Source of the DNA: Tubiluchus corallicola | Taxonomy: Eukaryota > Animalia > Priapulida | Assembly: GCA_030141605.1 (NCBI GenBank) | Contig: JAQGDQ010000055.1 | Span: forward strand, 558,001-622,000 | Length of the DNA stretch: 64,000 nt | Direction: 5' to 3' | In this document: positions 1 to 11,318 of the stretch, piece by piece | Layout: every line of letters begins with the position of its first letter | Position numbering within the stretch: position 1 is the stretch's first letter | The notes under the pieces: generated by a model | Databases searched by the model: none | What the model was told of the DNA's origin: nothing | The model's input: the letters and a program-made list of their open reading frames with translations, nothing else | Position numbers and translations under genes: made by a program

Positions 1-1122
1 TTACGCCAACTAGGATTCGATTATACTTCTCACAAACTAATTAATAATTACCTACACAATAGAAAACAAAGAGTCAAACTGAACAAACACACTTTTTCAA
101 CATGGGACACACCACAGAGAGGCATCCCACAAGGTACGATATTAGGTCCATTACTCTTTTGTTTATACGTTAATAAAATTCATTTAGTTTTACATAATTC
201 AGACTTAACACAATATGCCGATGATACAACACTCTATACAGCACACGCAGACTTTCTAACATCAAAAAATAATCTAGAAAAAGACATAACAAATATAAAT
301 GCAGCATTTAACTATTTTGGTTTAAAAATGAATGATGATAAGACAGAATTTATAGTAATATCACCCAAATCCAATGACATTACTTCTAATGCAACACTAA
401 AAGTAGGTGACTGTTCCATAGAACAAGCAAAAACTGTAAAATTTTTAGGCATTACTGTCGACAATAAACTCACTTGGGATGAACAGTTTCATCAAATACA
501 CAACAAGATGGCATTAAGCACGACATTCTTACGCCAAACCAGAGGCCATCTAACGAAGAAAACAAAAATTCTCATCTACAAAAGTCTAATATTACCACAT
601 TATCTATATGGTTGCACTTTACTTCAAAACGTTAAATATGAAAACTTTAGAAAACTAAATACGATGCAAAACTACGCACTTAGATTAATTCATGGCTACT
701 CTAACAAAACTGCTAAACAACATGCTGCTTCTGCAACAAGCTTAAGAACGTCCACAAAAATACCAATATTAGAAGCCTATCGAGATTACAAAACACTGAT
801 ATTTCTTTATAAATATATAAATAAACTGAGCATTCCATTTATAAACAATCCCTTAGCATTTATTCCTGATACCACATTGAACACTAGAACATACAATTTA
901 AAGCAAATTACAGTAAACAATAAATTTGGAAATAACTCTATATCAAAACAGGCCATACATTTATGGAACTTACTACCCAGTGAAATAAAACAAATAGAAT
1001 CTCTCCACCACTTTAAAAAGAAATTAAAAGAATATCAATATAACAGGTTTCAACTTCATCATTGTGCAAATTACAATTGTACTAATTACACGGACTCCAC
1101 TTTCATATACCCCCGCCCCTGA
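1..1122 (+). mobile_element. CR1/L2-type non-LTR retrotransposon ORF2, RT and C-terminal part (5' end outside the window)
   Basis: Frame 1 is open from base 1 to the TGA at 1122. It contains GIPQGTILGPLLFCLYVN, YADD (214-225), KFLGITVDNKLTW and LWNLLP. Confidence 0.93.
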
Positions 1123-1470
1123 CTCCATATAATGATTAAAAATGAAATTTTTTAAAAAAAATTATGTAATGTAATACGTGTTATGTTAGTTTCGTGTCTC
1201 GTAATGTTAAATGTATAAATAGTGTGCACTATGTAATGTAAAATTTAATGTACTTTCCTATAATTGTTTGTGAAAATATTTTAATATGGTATTTGTAAAT
1301 ATGTTCATTATATTGTATATAGTTTGCACTTTAGTTTTTTAGTATGCACTGGACGCATTTGTCTTGAACAGTGTTGTTATTTTAACATTACGCTGAGGCT
1401 AACTCAATTTTATTATAATGAGGGAACCGTTTTTATGACAAATAAAGAATTAATATATATATATATATAT
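1123..1470 (+). mobile_element. 3' UTR and (TA)n tail of the same LINE
   Basis: AATAAA at 1441 followed by a TA-repeat tail to 1470, then an abrupt switch to family-A MITE sequence. Confidence 0.7.
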
Positions 1471-1559
1471 TCTTGAAAAAATAGTATGTTTCTTTTCTGT
1501 ATTTTAAAGAGTAGATTGTTTTGACCTACAGTTTAAGATTGGGCCCGGTTTTGCTTTAA
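1471..1559. mobile_element. Terminal fragment of Kolobok-type MITE family A
   Basis: Matches the ends of the copies at 35645-35735 and 61620-61701 and ends CCGGTTTTGCT-TTAA. Confidence 0.8.
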
Positions 1560-2484
1560 GCTTTTATTCCAGCTTCTTTTTGATTTACAGGTTAGTATGC
1601 GGAGGCAGTTTGAATACGTCAGCGCTCTTTCTCCCAAATCATCCCAAATTATCTACAGAACAACAGCGTTTCCTTACTAGCTACTAGGAGCAAAGAAACA
1701 TGCAAATTTTAGCCGCCCACTAACTGATTGACAGTAGTATTTTTTTAAGGAACGAATGATATCATTGGAAGAAGAATTAACATCGAAAATGGAAGCGTCC
1801 AAGCAGGAAATGATCGGCTAAACTAAACTGAACGGCGGATAGTAAGCTACCAAAAGCATACCAATTGAAATTTTCAAACTTGCTCATCACTTAAATTCTG
1901 ATATCCCATCGAAAACATGAACTGCGATTCATCTTGAAAACACGATTTTTAAAAATGCGCTGAACAAATCAAAGAATTTTTCGCCCAATGATCTTTTCGG
2001 CAAAGTCTTACGAACTGAATCCATTTTTTCTAATATAAGGTTTTTTTTGGAGAACGGTGTACACTAAATCCGTTAAGGGTTGAATTTGAGCAATATCCAG
2101 CCACGCAGCGATAGACCATTATAAAAAAATAATAAAGATCACCAAAATTAAATGAAACTGAATGTAAATGCACGGGCACGGTAACTATAAAAAAGAAACT
2201 TTTAAGCAGAAAAGAATCGAAATCGTACGCACATATAAATAGAACTAAATACAGGTAAAGTTGCACATGCGCAGTGTCGTTCCTAACGTGATGTCACTTC
2301 TGCTTTGTTCCCCGATTTTGGTTTTTTCGCAAGATGTCTGTACGGCGCTAAATTTGAAGAGTTTCAATGCAAATCAGAGCAAAATGTGAAGAGTTTATAA
2401 AGAAGTGAACCTGTTTTTTGAATCACGCTAATCAGTAATAAATTTTGACAGCAAGTATCTACTAGGGTGTCATAGGACCTTTAA
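1560..2484 (-). mobile_element. Decayed Kolobok-like DNA transposon carrying a THAP-domain remnant
   Basis: On the minus strand from ATG 2119: MVYRCVAGYCSN..FSVHRSPKK, frameshift, WIQFVRLCRKD, frameshift, ENSLICSAHF*. This is the C2CH THAP signature. The terminus reads TTAA-AGGTCCTATGACACCC (TTAA at 2481-2484), and TTAA plus RR..YY ends is the Kolobok pattern. Confidence 0.7.
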
Positions 2485-3090
2485 TGTGTGGTTGTCCTTT
2501 GGGCAATCAATTTGTAACCTGAGACGTGTAAATATTCTAACTGTGCAACGAGTTAATAAACCCAAATCTGGTTTGCACTCTCTCAGTTACTATGGCGCCA
2601 CATTATGGAACTCACTTTCTGAAAATATAAGAACAATAGCCGATTTTAAAATTTCTAAATATTTGATAGACAAATGGCAACCTATTGGCTGTAGCTGCGA
2701 ATTTTGCTGGTAAAGCAAAATCTTTAGCATATATGTCGATTTTATAAATTTTTACTGAAACTCTAGTATGTATCTGTAAATCAAAAATCTGTACTGCACT
2801 GCAGTTTTGCATTTTTATTTTGAGTTTTTTAATGTTCCTTCTGCTTTTTTAGCTATTATGTAGTCCGTACATTGGAGAATCTTTATTTATAACTAACGTG
2901 TTTAATTTTTAGTTAGTTTTAACTGAACTTGTGTTTTAACAAATCATTTTACAATTCGTTTCTTATATTTGTATATTAGTTTTATTGCTTGTATTTTAAT
3001 GTATTTTATTGTTGGTGAAGACTAACACTTGAGCTAATGTTTTTTGTTGTTGTTGTTGTAAAACCGGCTTTAAAGTTTGTATGTATATGT
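2485..3090 (+). mobile_element. 3' remnant of a CR1/L2-type LINE
   Basis: ORF2-like C-terminus CNLRRVNILTVQRVN..GLHSLSYYGATLWNSL..KW..CSCEFC, then an AT-rich UTR and simple-repeat tail. Confidence 0.7.
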
Positions 3091-3156
3091 GTGTGTGTGT
3101 GCGCGCGTGCGTGCGCGCGCGCGCGCGTGTGTGCGTGCGTGCGTGTGTGTGTGTGC
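3088..3156. repeat. (GT)n/(GC)n alternating purine-pyrimidine microsatellite
   Basis: gtgtgtgt..gcgcgcgc..gtgtgtg seen directly. Confidence 0.9.
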
Positions 3157-4375
3157 AACCCTAAAACCGCATGAATAGATTCAGTAAACGCGTCATCTTT
3201 GCGAAGCTAAATGGTTTAGCTAATTACTTATATGACAAATATTTCAAGTGTGGCAAGTTTTCCGAAAAACGTTTTTGCAGTTTCAGGATTAGGATAATTT
3301 TAATATTGTCTTGGACTTAAGGCAAGAACAACCTAGAGTCCTTGTACGTGCACCTTCTTTTTGTTGTACACGAATTGTAAACAGACTACGCAGCTAAAGG
3401 TCTCTGTATTGTGGCGCTATCTGTTATGACATGAAGACAACATAAACTCAAATATATTCTTCAGTTATATAACACACTTCTACCTGACGCCTGGTTTAAT
3501 TACTTTCGAATCCTCTGCTACAGATTTGCAATAAAAAGTACTGTTTACATATAGTCTCATGTCAACATTTATATCGAAATTCGCTAGAAATGCGGAAATA
3601 CTGACATTAACTTTCTATTTTTATGCTTATCTATTTTTCCCCATTTCTTTTTGTTATCCATAAAAGCTGATTGTAATTTTTTATCAGTACTACGAGAAAT
3701 TCTATGTCTTTGTAGTTGTGCTATAGCAGTGTTTCTTGTTGTAATATGCAAACCAATAATTAGCAATAATAATATTATTATTAGATGCACAGCATAAAGG
3801 GAAAATTAATATTTCTAAAAAAACATATGTTCGTGTTGTAGTTTATTAATAAAATGTTCTAAGATTATTTGAAAATGTATAAGAAGAACGCCACGGAGAT
3901 AGAGTGATCACTGTGTGATCTTAAAATTTAAGTAGTACTTAGTCTGATTAGTAATTTGATGGGTAACTTCAGAACTCGTCAACAATTTCACGTATCGTTT
4001 GCCGAACCTGTTTATCTCATTCAGGGAATAAGGAGAAACGTTGAAAATTCTGGATTTAAATCAAACAAAAGTAGCTGCTTATGACGTAATTCAGTGGTCA
4101 TAACCTTGGACTTGCAGCCAGATTGTCCGTAATTCGAAACCAGGCTTAGTTCCGAATTTTTTACATCTTCGCTTAGTTTGAATCCGTCTTTTCCACATTT
4201 CCTTTTGATTTCAAGACAGAAAAGGACATCCAGTCTATGTGCGTTACACCTAATATTTATTTCTCAAAACTTTGTTTCAAAACGAGGATTGGCCTAGAAT
4301 GAACGTGCCTTTAGGTGGACTGCATAATTTAGAATATACATACTCCAAAACATTGCTTGTTAATTGTAATTACCT

Positions 4376-4850
4376 AAAAGCAAAACCGGACCCAATCTTA
4401 AACTGTAGGTCAAAATAGTCTATTCTTTAAAATATTGAAAGGAAACATACTATTTTTTTCAAAAATAACTTACGTGAAAGAATTATTACTACACAAACAC
4501 AATTTCGCGTTCGCACCACAAGTTCTTCGCTGCTACATCTATTTCGGTATTCGCTAGTTAGACGGGCACTAGCGCCTGCATTTCGGAAACGTATTGAGCA
4601 AAAAACAGGTGCTGTACCTCTCAGTTCAGATGTGTTAGTTTGTGACGAACTACACACGTTCGACAGCTTATGCGTGAGCACAGCGGTAAGTTTGAAATTT
4701 GAATTTTTATCTTAAAACATGCCTAGTTTTAGTACAAGACACTGAATATCTTACAGTAGCACTGTACTTAAATTTTCGCTTTCGCAAACACGTGCAACAC
4801 ACTCGTGGAATACGCTTATTGTTGAAAATTGTGTTAGATTGTGATGCCAT
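4376..4850. mobile_element. Kolobok-type MITE family A, truncated copy
   Basis: Starts TAAA-AGCAAAACCGGACCCAATCTTAAACTGTAGG and is colinear with 25705-26321 and with the reverse complement of 35108-35735. Confidence 0.85.
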
Positions 4851-5002
4851 TATACAATGTATAATAACGTCAATGCTTGGAACATATACGTGTTACTGCA
4901 GATTGTCACAGAATACCCTGTATATACAATGCATAATACCGTCAATGCTTGGAACATATACGTGTTACTGCAGAGTGTCACAGAAAATCCTGTATATACA
5001 AT
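4851..5002. repeat. 72-bp tandem duplication (about 2.1 copies)
   Basis: The unit start tatacaat recurs at 4851, 4923 and 4995, and gtcaatgcttggaacatatacgtgttactgcaga is present twice. Confidence 0.9.
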
Positions 5003-5716
5003 ATATACAATATACATTTTAGGAATTCACCTTGTAGAACTCTCCCATTTTTCAAAGAAATAATACGAAAGGAATAACCTTGGACTTTAGTTCCAACTTT
5101 ATATATACCTGGAGGAACGACTCATGGGCGTGACCAGTAAAATAACATTAAGGAAAAGTAACCTGGATTTCTTTTTGGGACAAGTAATTCCAAGGACACT
5201 GGTATCAGTTCAACGACTATTGAGTACTGCCTGACCACGGGCCATTTGCGTCGACATTGAAATTATTGACCTACTTTTTGCGAACTGCTCTGGGTTGGCA
5301 AGTAGCCAGAACACAAATGTGTAAAGCACAATGCTCGCACTATGGGATAATTACTTCACGGACAGAATTTCATCAAGCACTTGTAATTTCAAGCTCCCGA
5401 CAGGAACTGCTTTAATGCTAGTTTGCTCTTGTGGAATTTTCCTTGCAACATATGAAAAAATCAATAAATGGTTATCCCAGTTTAAAAAGAAAGATCTCCG
5501 TTGGAAAAGAGTATATTAATGACACGAATGTATAGTTAGTACATATACGTGTACCACCTACAGATAAACATTATATAAACCCAGTTTTCCTAAGATTTCT
5601 TACCTGTGGCAATCTTCGCTCGAAAATTGTTGTCCTATTATTCTTTTTTAATAATTATAGGCCTACTAGTAATCGTATTTATGTACAGAAAAACATCAGC
5701 AAATACCCTTTTTTAC

Positions 5717-5719
<3 letters not shown>

Positions 5720-5803
<84 letters not shown>

Positions 5804-6056
5804 CTTTATTTAAAGTCGGCTTTTAGGATGAACAATTAAAATAAGCTCTAAAGAGCTTTCGGGCCGACTGTAAATAACAATCTACAACTACATAACATAG
5901 ACTATTACTAAACCACTTTTACCCTAAACACCACGCGCCAGGCAGCGCAACAGCAGGTACCATTTTTAAAGTCTTCGGCATTACCCGGCAGCTGTATCGA
6001 ACTCACGACCTCCCAGACGGAAAACGTACGCGTTACCGCTAGACGAAACCGTCTGG
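5720..6056 (-). mobile_element. tRNA-derived SINE with (ATT)n tail
   Basis: Minus strand shows an A-box-like GTCTAGCGGTAA (6044-6033), a B-box GAGTTCGATAC (6004-5994), a core GAAGACTTTAAAAATGGTACC..CTGCCTGGCGC and an end AAATAAAG-(ATT)n. The tail is the (AAT)n run at 5720-5803 on +. Confidence 0.75.
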
Positions 6057-6719
6057 TCTGCTTTTGTTTACTAGCGATTTGTTTGCATCAGGTAGCCTAC
6101 ACTAGGTCTAAATCATAGTTATTATAAAACGAGATATTAACTGTTTGCCCAATATGAAATTATATGACTGCGACATCTATAGGTCTAATATTCAATCTCT
6201 GTGAGCATTACTCAGTCCTGCCACCACCATCCGGATTAACTAAGCTCTGCGTTGAGTGCTAGATACTAATTTATTGAATTAAAAAATTGTATAAAATTAG
6301 TGAATGAACGGATGATTTTTTTTTTCATTTGCATTTAAGCTAGTGACAAACTATAAAAGTCTACATTGTCAAAAGGCCTCATGTCTTATAAAGATTTTGG
6401 CGTAGAGCTGAACCCTACCATGGGATGCATCAATATTCAATAAATGAAGATGCTATAAGTTGTAAAAAAAGTAAAAGTGCATAAATAAAAAGGTTACAAA
6501 CTCTGTTTGTAGATAATGCAGCAAAACAACTCCAATGAACTCCCGCCAGCCTTTCTAAATAAGCAAAAAGTTTCTTTTGTTTAGGACTTGCAATTGATTA
6601 TGTCTAAAAATACTGTTATTTACTAATGTCAAGACGTTATGCATCAAATACGTTATATAGTTTGAAAACAGCACGAAAGATTAATGATGCTGCTAATGAT
6701 CAGGTCATCGGCTAGGTAC

Positions 6720-7531
6720 TTAAATGCCCTTTGACACTATTTTTTACGTTATTTTCTTCTACAGCATAGGCGGAATTACATATTTCCTAATTTTTAAAAC
6801 AGTTTTGATGCATGCTTTTATGTGATATGGTAACTTAAATTAAGCGCCGTTATTACTGTCACAAATATTATCGCCGCCAGCCGTGACACTCACTTGTGTA
6901 ACGTCACGTAAGGAAGAGGCAATTAACAGCCGCAGTACAGCAGATAGCCAGTGGCCCCAGCAAGCAGAGTACTGTGAACACTGAACAGAACTGTTATTGC
7001 TGAGTAATGATTAAATTTTATCTATTAATAAAAACGTTTCTTACTATAGTATTTATCTATTTAGAGCAAATAAACTAAAAAGAATCAGTTTTCATTTTAC
7101 AATCCTGCAAGGAACAGCAAATTTATCATTAACAAATACATCATAGGGAGCACTACGATGCTTACTGTACCATTGTTTAAACTGTGTGTAGGCTGTATGA
7201 ACAATAGGTGTGCCTATTCAATCAAGCTGCAAGTAAGCTGCTAGCCACTATTTTGGATAAGATTTACAGTAAGTAAGATAATATTTAATCTTTGTAACTA
7301 AATTCCTTAAAAACTATATTTAGTCTAGGTTAGCAGTAAGACATTTCAACTCCACTAATTTAACTGAAACGCCCGATTTTAATGGCAACTTCCCTTTCTT
7401 CACATTTAGAAACATTTCTCCTGATTTTTTACACGTCAACGTAAAAATGGCACAAAACGTTTTTTTGCATCACGCTAGTCAATAGCGAATTTTGACAGCA
7501 AGTGTCTTTTAGGGTGTCAGTGGAATTTTAA
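6720..7531. mobile_element. Non-autonomous Kolobok-like element related to the THAP-bearing element
   Basis: TTAA at both ends. Imperfect TIRs ATGCCCTTTGACACT and AGGGTGTCAGTGGAATT. 7459-7531 aligns with 2413-2484. Confidence 0.6.
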
Positions 7532-8559
7532 ATAAAGAGGTTAATACATGTAATGTTAGTTCTTGTAATGTTGATGTTTTGCTGCAGCATGTAGCTCACA
7601 ACCCCTCTTTACCAGCTGCTTAATTTGCTCCAATGGTTTTGTTGCTATAGTTTCATCCTTTTCTCCTACTACAATCCGTCTTACTAGTAAGAGTCTTAAA
7701 TGTACTCTGCTGTTTTGACTACCATATTTGAACCTGGCATTACGTAATCTCAATAATACAAACCCATTGCGCTCATAATCAATAAACATCAGCTTCTCCG
7801 TAGTTGTACTCTCTGTGTGTCCTATAACCGCCCATCTCAGACAGCTACCTAAATATTCAGATATTGATACGTCATCGCTGACACCAATATTTGCACATAA
7901 TGATACCGCTAAACATGTGGAATATGTACATAAATCATTACTATTATTTCCCTGAATGCCTATGTATAGTTAATACCTATGCATAAGAAAAGTATGTTGC
8001 ATTACTGTTATATAATATTGATGCCTATTATATACTACTTGTGTTTCATTTTGCTAGAAGCTTCTACATGCACCCTGTTTGTATTTACGTGACGTCACTG
8101 ATGTAGCAGTAAAAAAACTTCTAACTACTTACATCTACCCTGTAATTTGTAATTTTATTATACTCTTGTTGGTCAGTAAATTACATACATACATACATGC
8201 TTTCGCAAAAGCACTCACCTAGAGATTTCTGACTTCTAGTCGGCTGTGTATAGACGCCTATTTTTCTAATATGATATTCAATCACTCACTAGGATTATTT
8301 TCTTTGTAATGTTCCACTGAAAAAAATACGTCAGGATAATTTCTAGATGGCTGGCTACTGATGGCTAGGCGCCTGTTTTTAGGATTAACGTCAAGCATTC
8401 TAGAAATAATCAGCTATATGGGTGAGAAACCATTTTTGTTGATGCACAGTTAAGAGTACAGTCAAGCAATGTCTGAAAGTGAATTGTCAATAAATAAATT
8501 ATATGTGTGCTCAACAGCGAGTCGTTTCATTATTTTTAAGCTTATCTTTGCTACGGATT

Positions 8560-8985
8560 ATTGAGAGTTGTGGATCTGCTTTTGATACGAATCTCAAATC
8601 TCTGCAGACTTTGCAAAACAAATGTATTAGAACCATTTATAAACTGCCACAATTAACAAATCGTAATAACATGTATTATAGCTATAGATATTTTAGAATT
8701 AATGAATGGTAGCACCGTGAATGTCTATTGTTTCTGTACAAGTATTACATTGGGCTTCTTCCTAATGCATTTGTCAATTATTTAACTCCCGTTCAACAAA
8801 TCCACCACTATTCTCGAAAGCTTACGCTCCTACTTTCCTCGAGGGAGACTGATTTGTACAATTTTCAAATCGTACCCGTTTTTACTGTCGTATTGTTGTT
8901 ATCATTATGTATTTAGTTGTAATATTTTGTGATGTAAAATCAGCCAAATAAAAAATCATTGAATTTAATTTAATTTAATTTAATA
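8560..8985 (+). mobile_element. 3' remnant of a CR1/L2-type LINE
   Basis: GSAFDTNLKSLQTLQNKCIRTI..FLYKYYIGLLPNAF..QIHHYS with in-frame stops, followed by an (AATTT)n tail. Confidence 0.7.
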
Positions 8986-10989
8986 AGCAAGATTTATCAC
9001 CAAGAGGTTTTTGGCCGAATTTAGTATTTCTTTAAAACCTGCGTCTCGTGCGCGTATTTATCTCTACATCTACAGAAGCAGTCTCTTTCTAATAGTCATT
9101 GTGCATAGCTCTATTTTACTAGTTTGCGCTAGAGGTGTTGTTTGACCGTTTGATGTACATGCAAATGATTCACATTTCTGCATAATCGTTGCTGGGATGC
9201 ATCTAAATGTTTTGTTCCGTGAGCCACGGTCTCGGGAGGGGATGGGGATTACCTCTGTAATTTTTTTCGCAGTTCTATGCCTCTACATTACAAAATGCCT
9301 GGTGAACTTTCCTACAGGCTACAGCACGGTTTTGCGGGCCGTACTGGCTTATTTGTGAGACCACCATCAAAAAGCTACATTTGTGAAAATGTGTGCATAG
9401 CAAAGATGAAGCCACACAATGCAGCAGCCGGGTAAATTTTAATTTGGAACTTTGAAAACGGTGGCGCACTGTTTCTACTATTTTTGTTTGTTTAAAAATA
9501 CATCTTTAAAGTGTACAGTAACTACTGAGACACTTTAGTGCAGAACTATTGTAAATATTTGGTTTAACCCAACTGTGTTTCTCAATCTCAGAAGCCATTA
9601 GTTAAAATAACAGTTTGTGTTAAGCATTCAAATGAATTTGGTCTGACCTAGTTAATTTGTCCTTTGCTGAATGCGCATAAATGTCACTGATTGATTGTTT
9701 CTGTAAGGAAGAAAATAGTTTATCCCTGCTCTCTTCCCGTGTGTTTCTACTACGATCTCTGGCTCAGTGACAGAGTTGGCAAAATCTAAGTTCTATTGTA
9801 TTTTTCATTGAGTCATATTGCCTAATTAGTTGCATATTCATATTTCATTTTATGTTTTGTTTACTTCAATTATGCTCCTCTATATTAGTTCTTTGTTCAA
9901 TAGTCCTTTCGGTATTATGCTTAACAGACATAATTTGATTGAATACTATTGCACATTTTCGTTTCGTTATATTTAGTTTGATTTCATCATGCATATTTTG
10001 TTTCCTTCTTTCCATGCAATTTTTGCTTTATGCTTTATTTTCTTCTTTTGGTTTGACTTGATGTTATAGTTTGTTTAGACTGTAATCAGTTAGTTAAATG
10101 TTTTGCATATTTGGTTGATCATCATTACATATTTTTCATCTTATCTTAATGCTTCCTTGTTGCACACACTGTTTAGTTATTTCGCTATCAAGTTTCATTT
10201 CCTACCTTAAAATTGTATGTTAACATTTGAAAATGTATGTTAACAGTTGACTTTCTTAACCTACTTCATAATTATATTACATGGTTTAATTACCAGCGGT
10301 ACAATTTTTTTTACAATTTACCTTAACTGAGAATGGTAGCTGACTTGACGACCAATTGGTCTTTCGCTACCCTTTCTCCCGCACCCCCTAACTCTTTCCT
10401 TTATGCATAATTTATCCTGGTTAATTAATAACTAGAAAACTACCAAAATTGTATTCCTTATGACTGTCTTCAATGTTTCATCAATGTTTCGTTATCTGCC
10501 TCCTGTAAGTTGAAAGATCACGAGTAAAAAAAATTAGAAGGCTTCGTCCATTGAATCATGCATCTAGGACATGATTTTGTTCTATTGGTTGTTGAAGAGC
10601 TATTTCTTCACTGGACTATTAGCAGGTAGCCTGTACCCAACCTATCTTAAACGGCGCGTTTTATTTTCCTTCCCATTTTAGAAGATTAGCTCGTTACTCC
10701 GTTTTACTCGTTACCATGGGATTAGTCTTCCACATCATCTTCCGAACGTGCGTCGTCATAGCACATTTATTACGTCATTCAGTAGAAGGTAACAATTCGT
10801 TACCATGGCAATGATTATTCTTTGTTCTTGCAATGACGTAACAAACGTCAGCCTTTGTTCGGCCTCATTTCTTTCTTTGCTTCCGATGCGTGAAGTGCGT
10901 TATTATTTGCAAATATTTTGTGCGTTTTCTAGTAGGCTATCATGGGTGTTTTGATTTCTTATGCAACCGCGAGTGCCGTGAGGTGGACA

Positions 10990-11318
10990 CTGGAGGATCA
11001 GGAGCATATGGACTAGGTCCCGGGGGCAAATGGCTCCTATGCCCTCAGTCCAGTCGTCTTCTGGGGCCTCCACACGTTGTAGTGGTGTGTGATGCGTTAG
11101 GCGTAATTGCCTACTAAAGCTAACTGTAAACGAGCAGTTGGCTCACAGCCTCTCCACACCCAAGGCTCCTGCGTAACCTCCACGAGGTGCGAGCTGGTAA
11201 CTGCCCCATTACAGGAGCAGGCTAATCAGCAGGGGATCTCGGAGTAGTATGGAGCCCCAGAGGTGCAGTGCTGAAAGGCACTCACCATTCCATACCCCAA
11301 CTATGGGTTAAACAGCGT
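10990..11318 (+). mobile_element. GC-rich remnant resembling an RTE-clade LINE 5' UTR
   Basis: Sharp GC-rich island in AT-rich DNA that contains an HDV-like ribozyme fold. RTE-clade 5' ends are known hosts of such ribozymes. The clade assignment is inference. Confidence 0.5.
11140..11233 (+). ncRNA. HDV-like (double-pseudoknot) self-cleaving ribozyme
   Basis: P1 GGCTCAC (11140-46) with GCGAGCT (11189-95). P2 CCTGCGTA (11168-75) with TCAGCAGG (11226-33). P3 ACC/GGT around L3 TCCACGA. P1.1 GG at 11196-97. P4 CTGCCCC/GGAGCAG. J4/2 GCTAA with the catalytic C at 11222. Confidence 0.8.

Noticed and set aside
3584-3790. Minus-strand ORF resembling a signal peptide plus RxxR cleavage site
   Set aside because: It starts at GTG, with an in-frame stop a few codons upstream and no ATG. 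The hydrophobic run comes from an AAT/ATT low-complexity patch.
4427-5022. Mutually similar short ORFs (also at 25705, 31738, 35108, 61240 and 61409)
   Set aside because: They are chance frames within family-A MITE copies, and the frames are not conserved between copies.
5606-5839. ORF with a TM-like segment and poly-Asn
   Set aside because: The poly-N is the (AAT)n tail of the minus-strand SINE.
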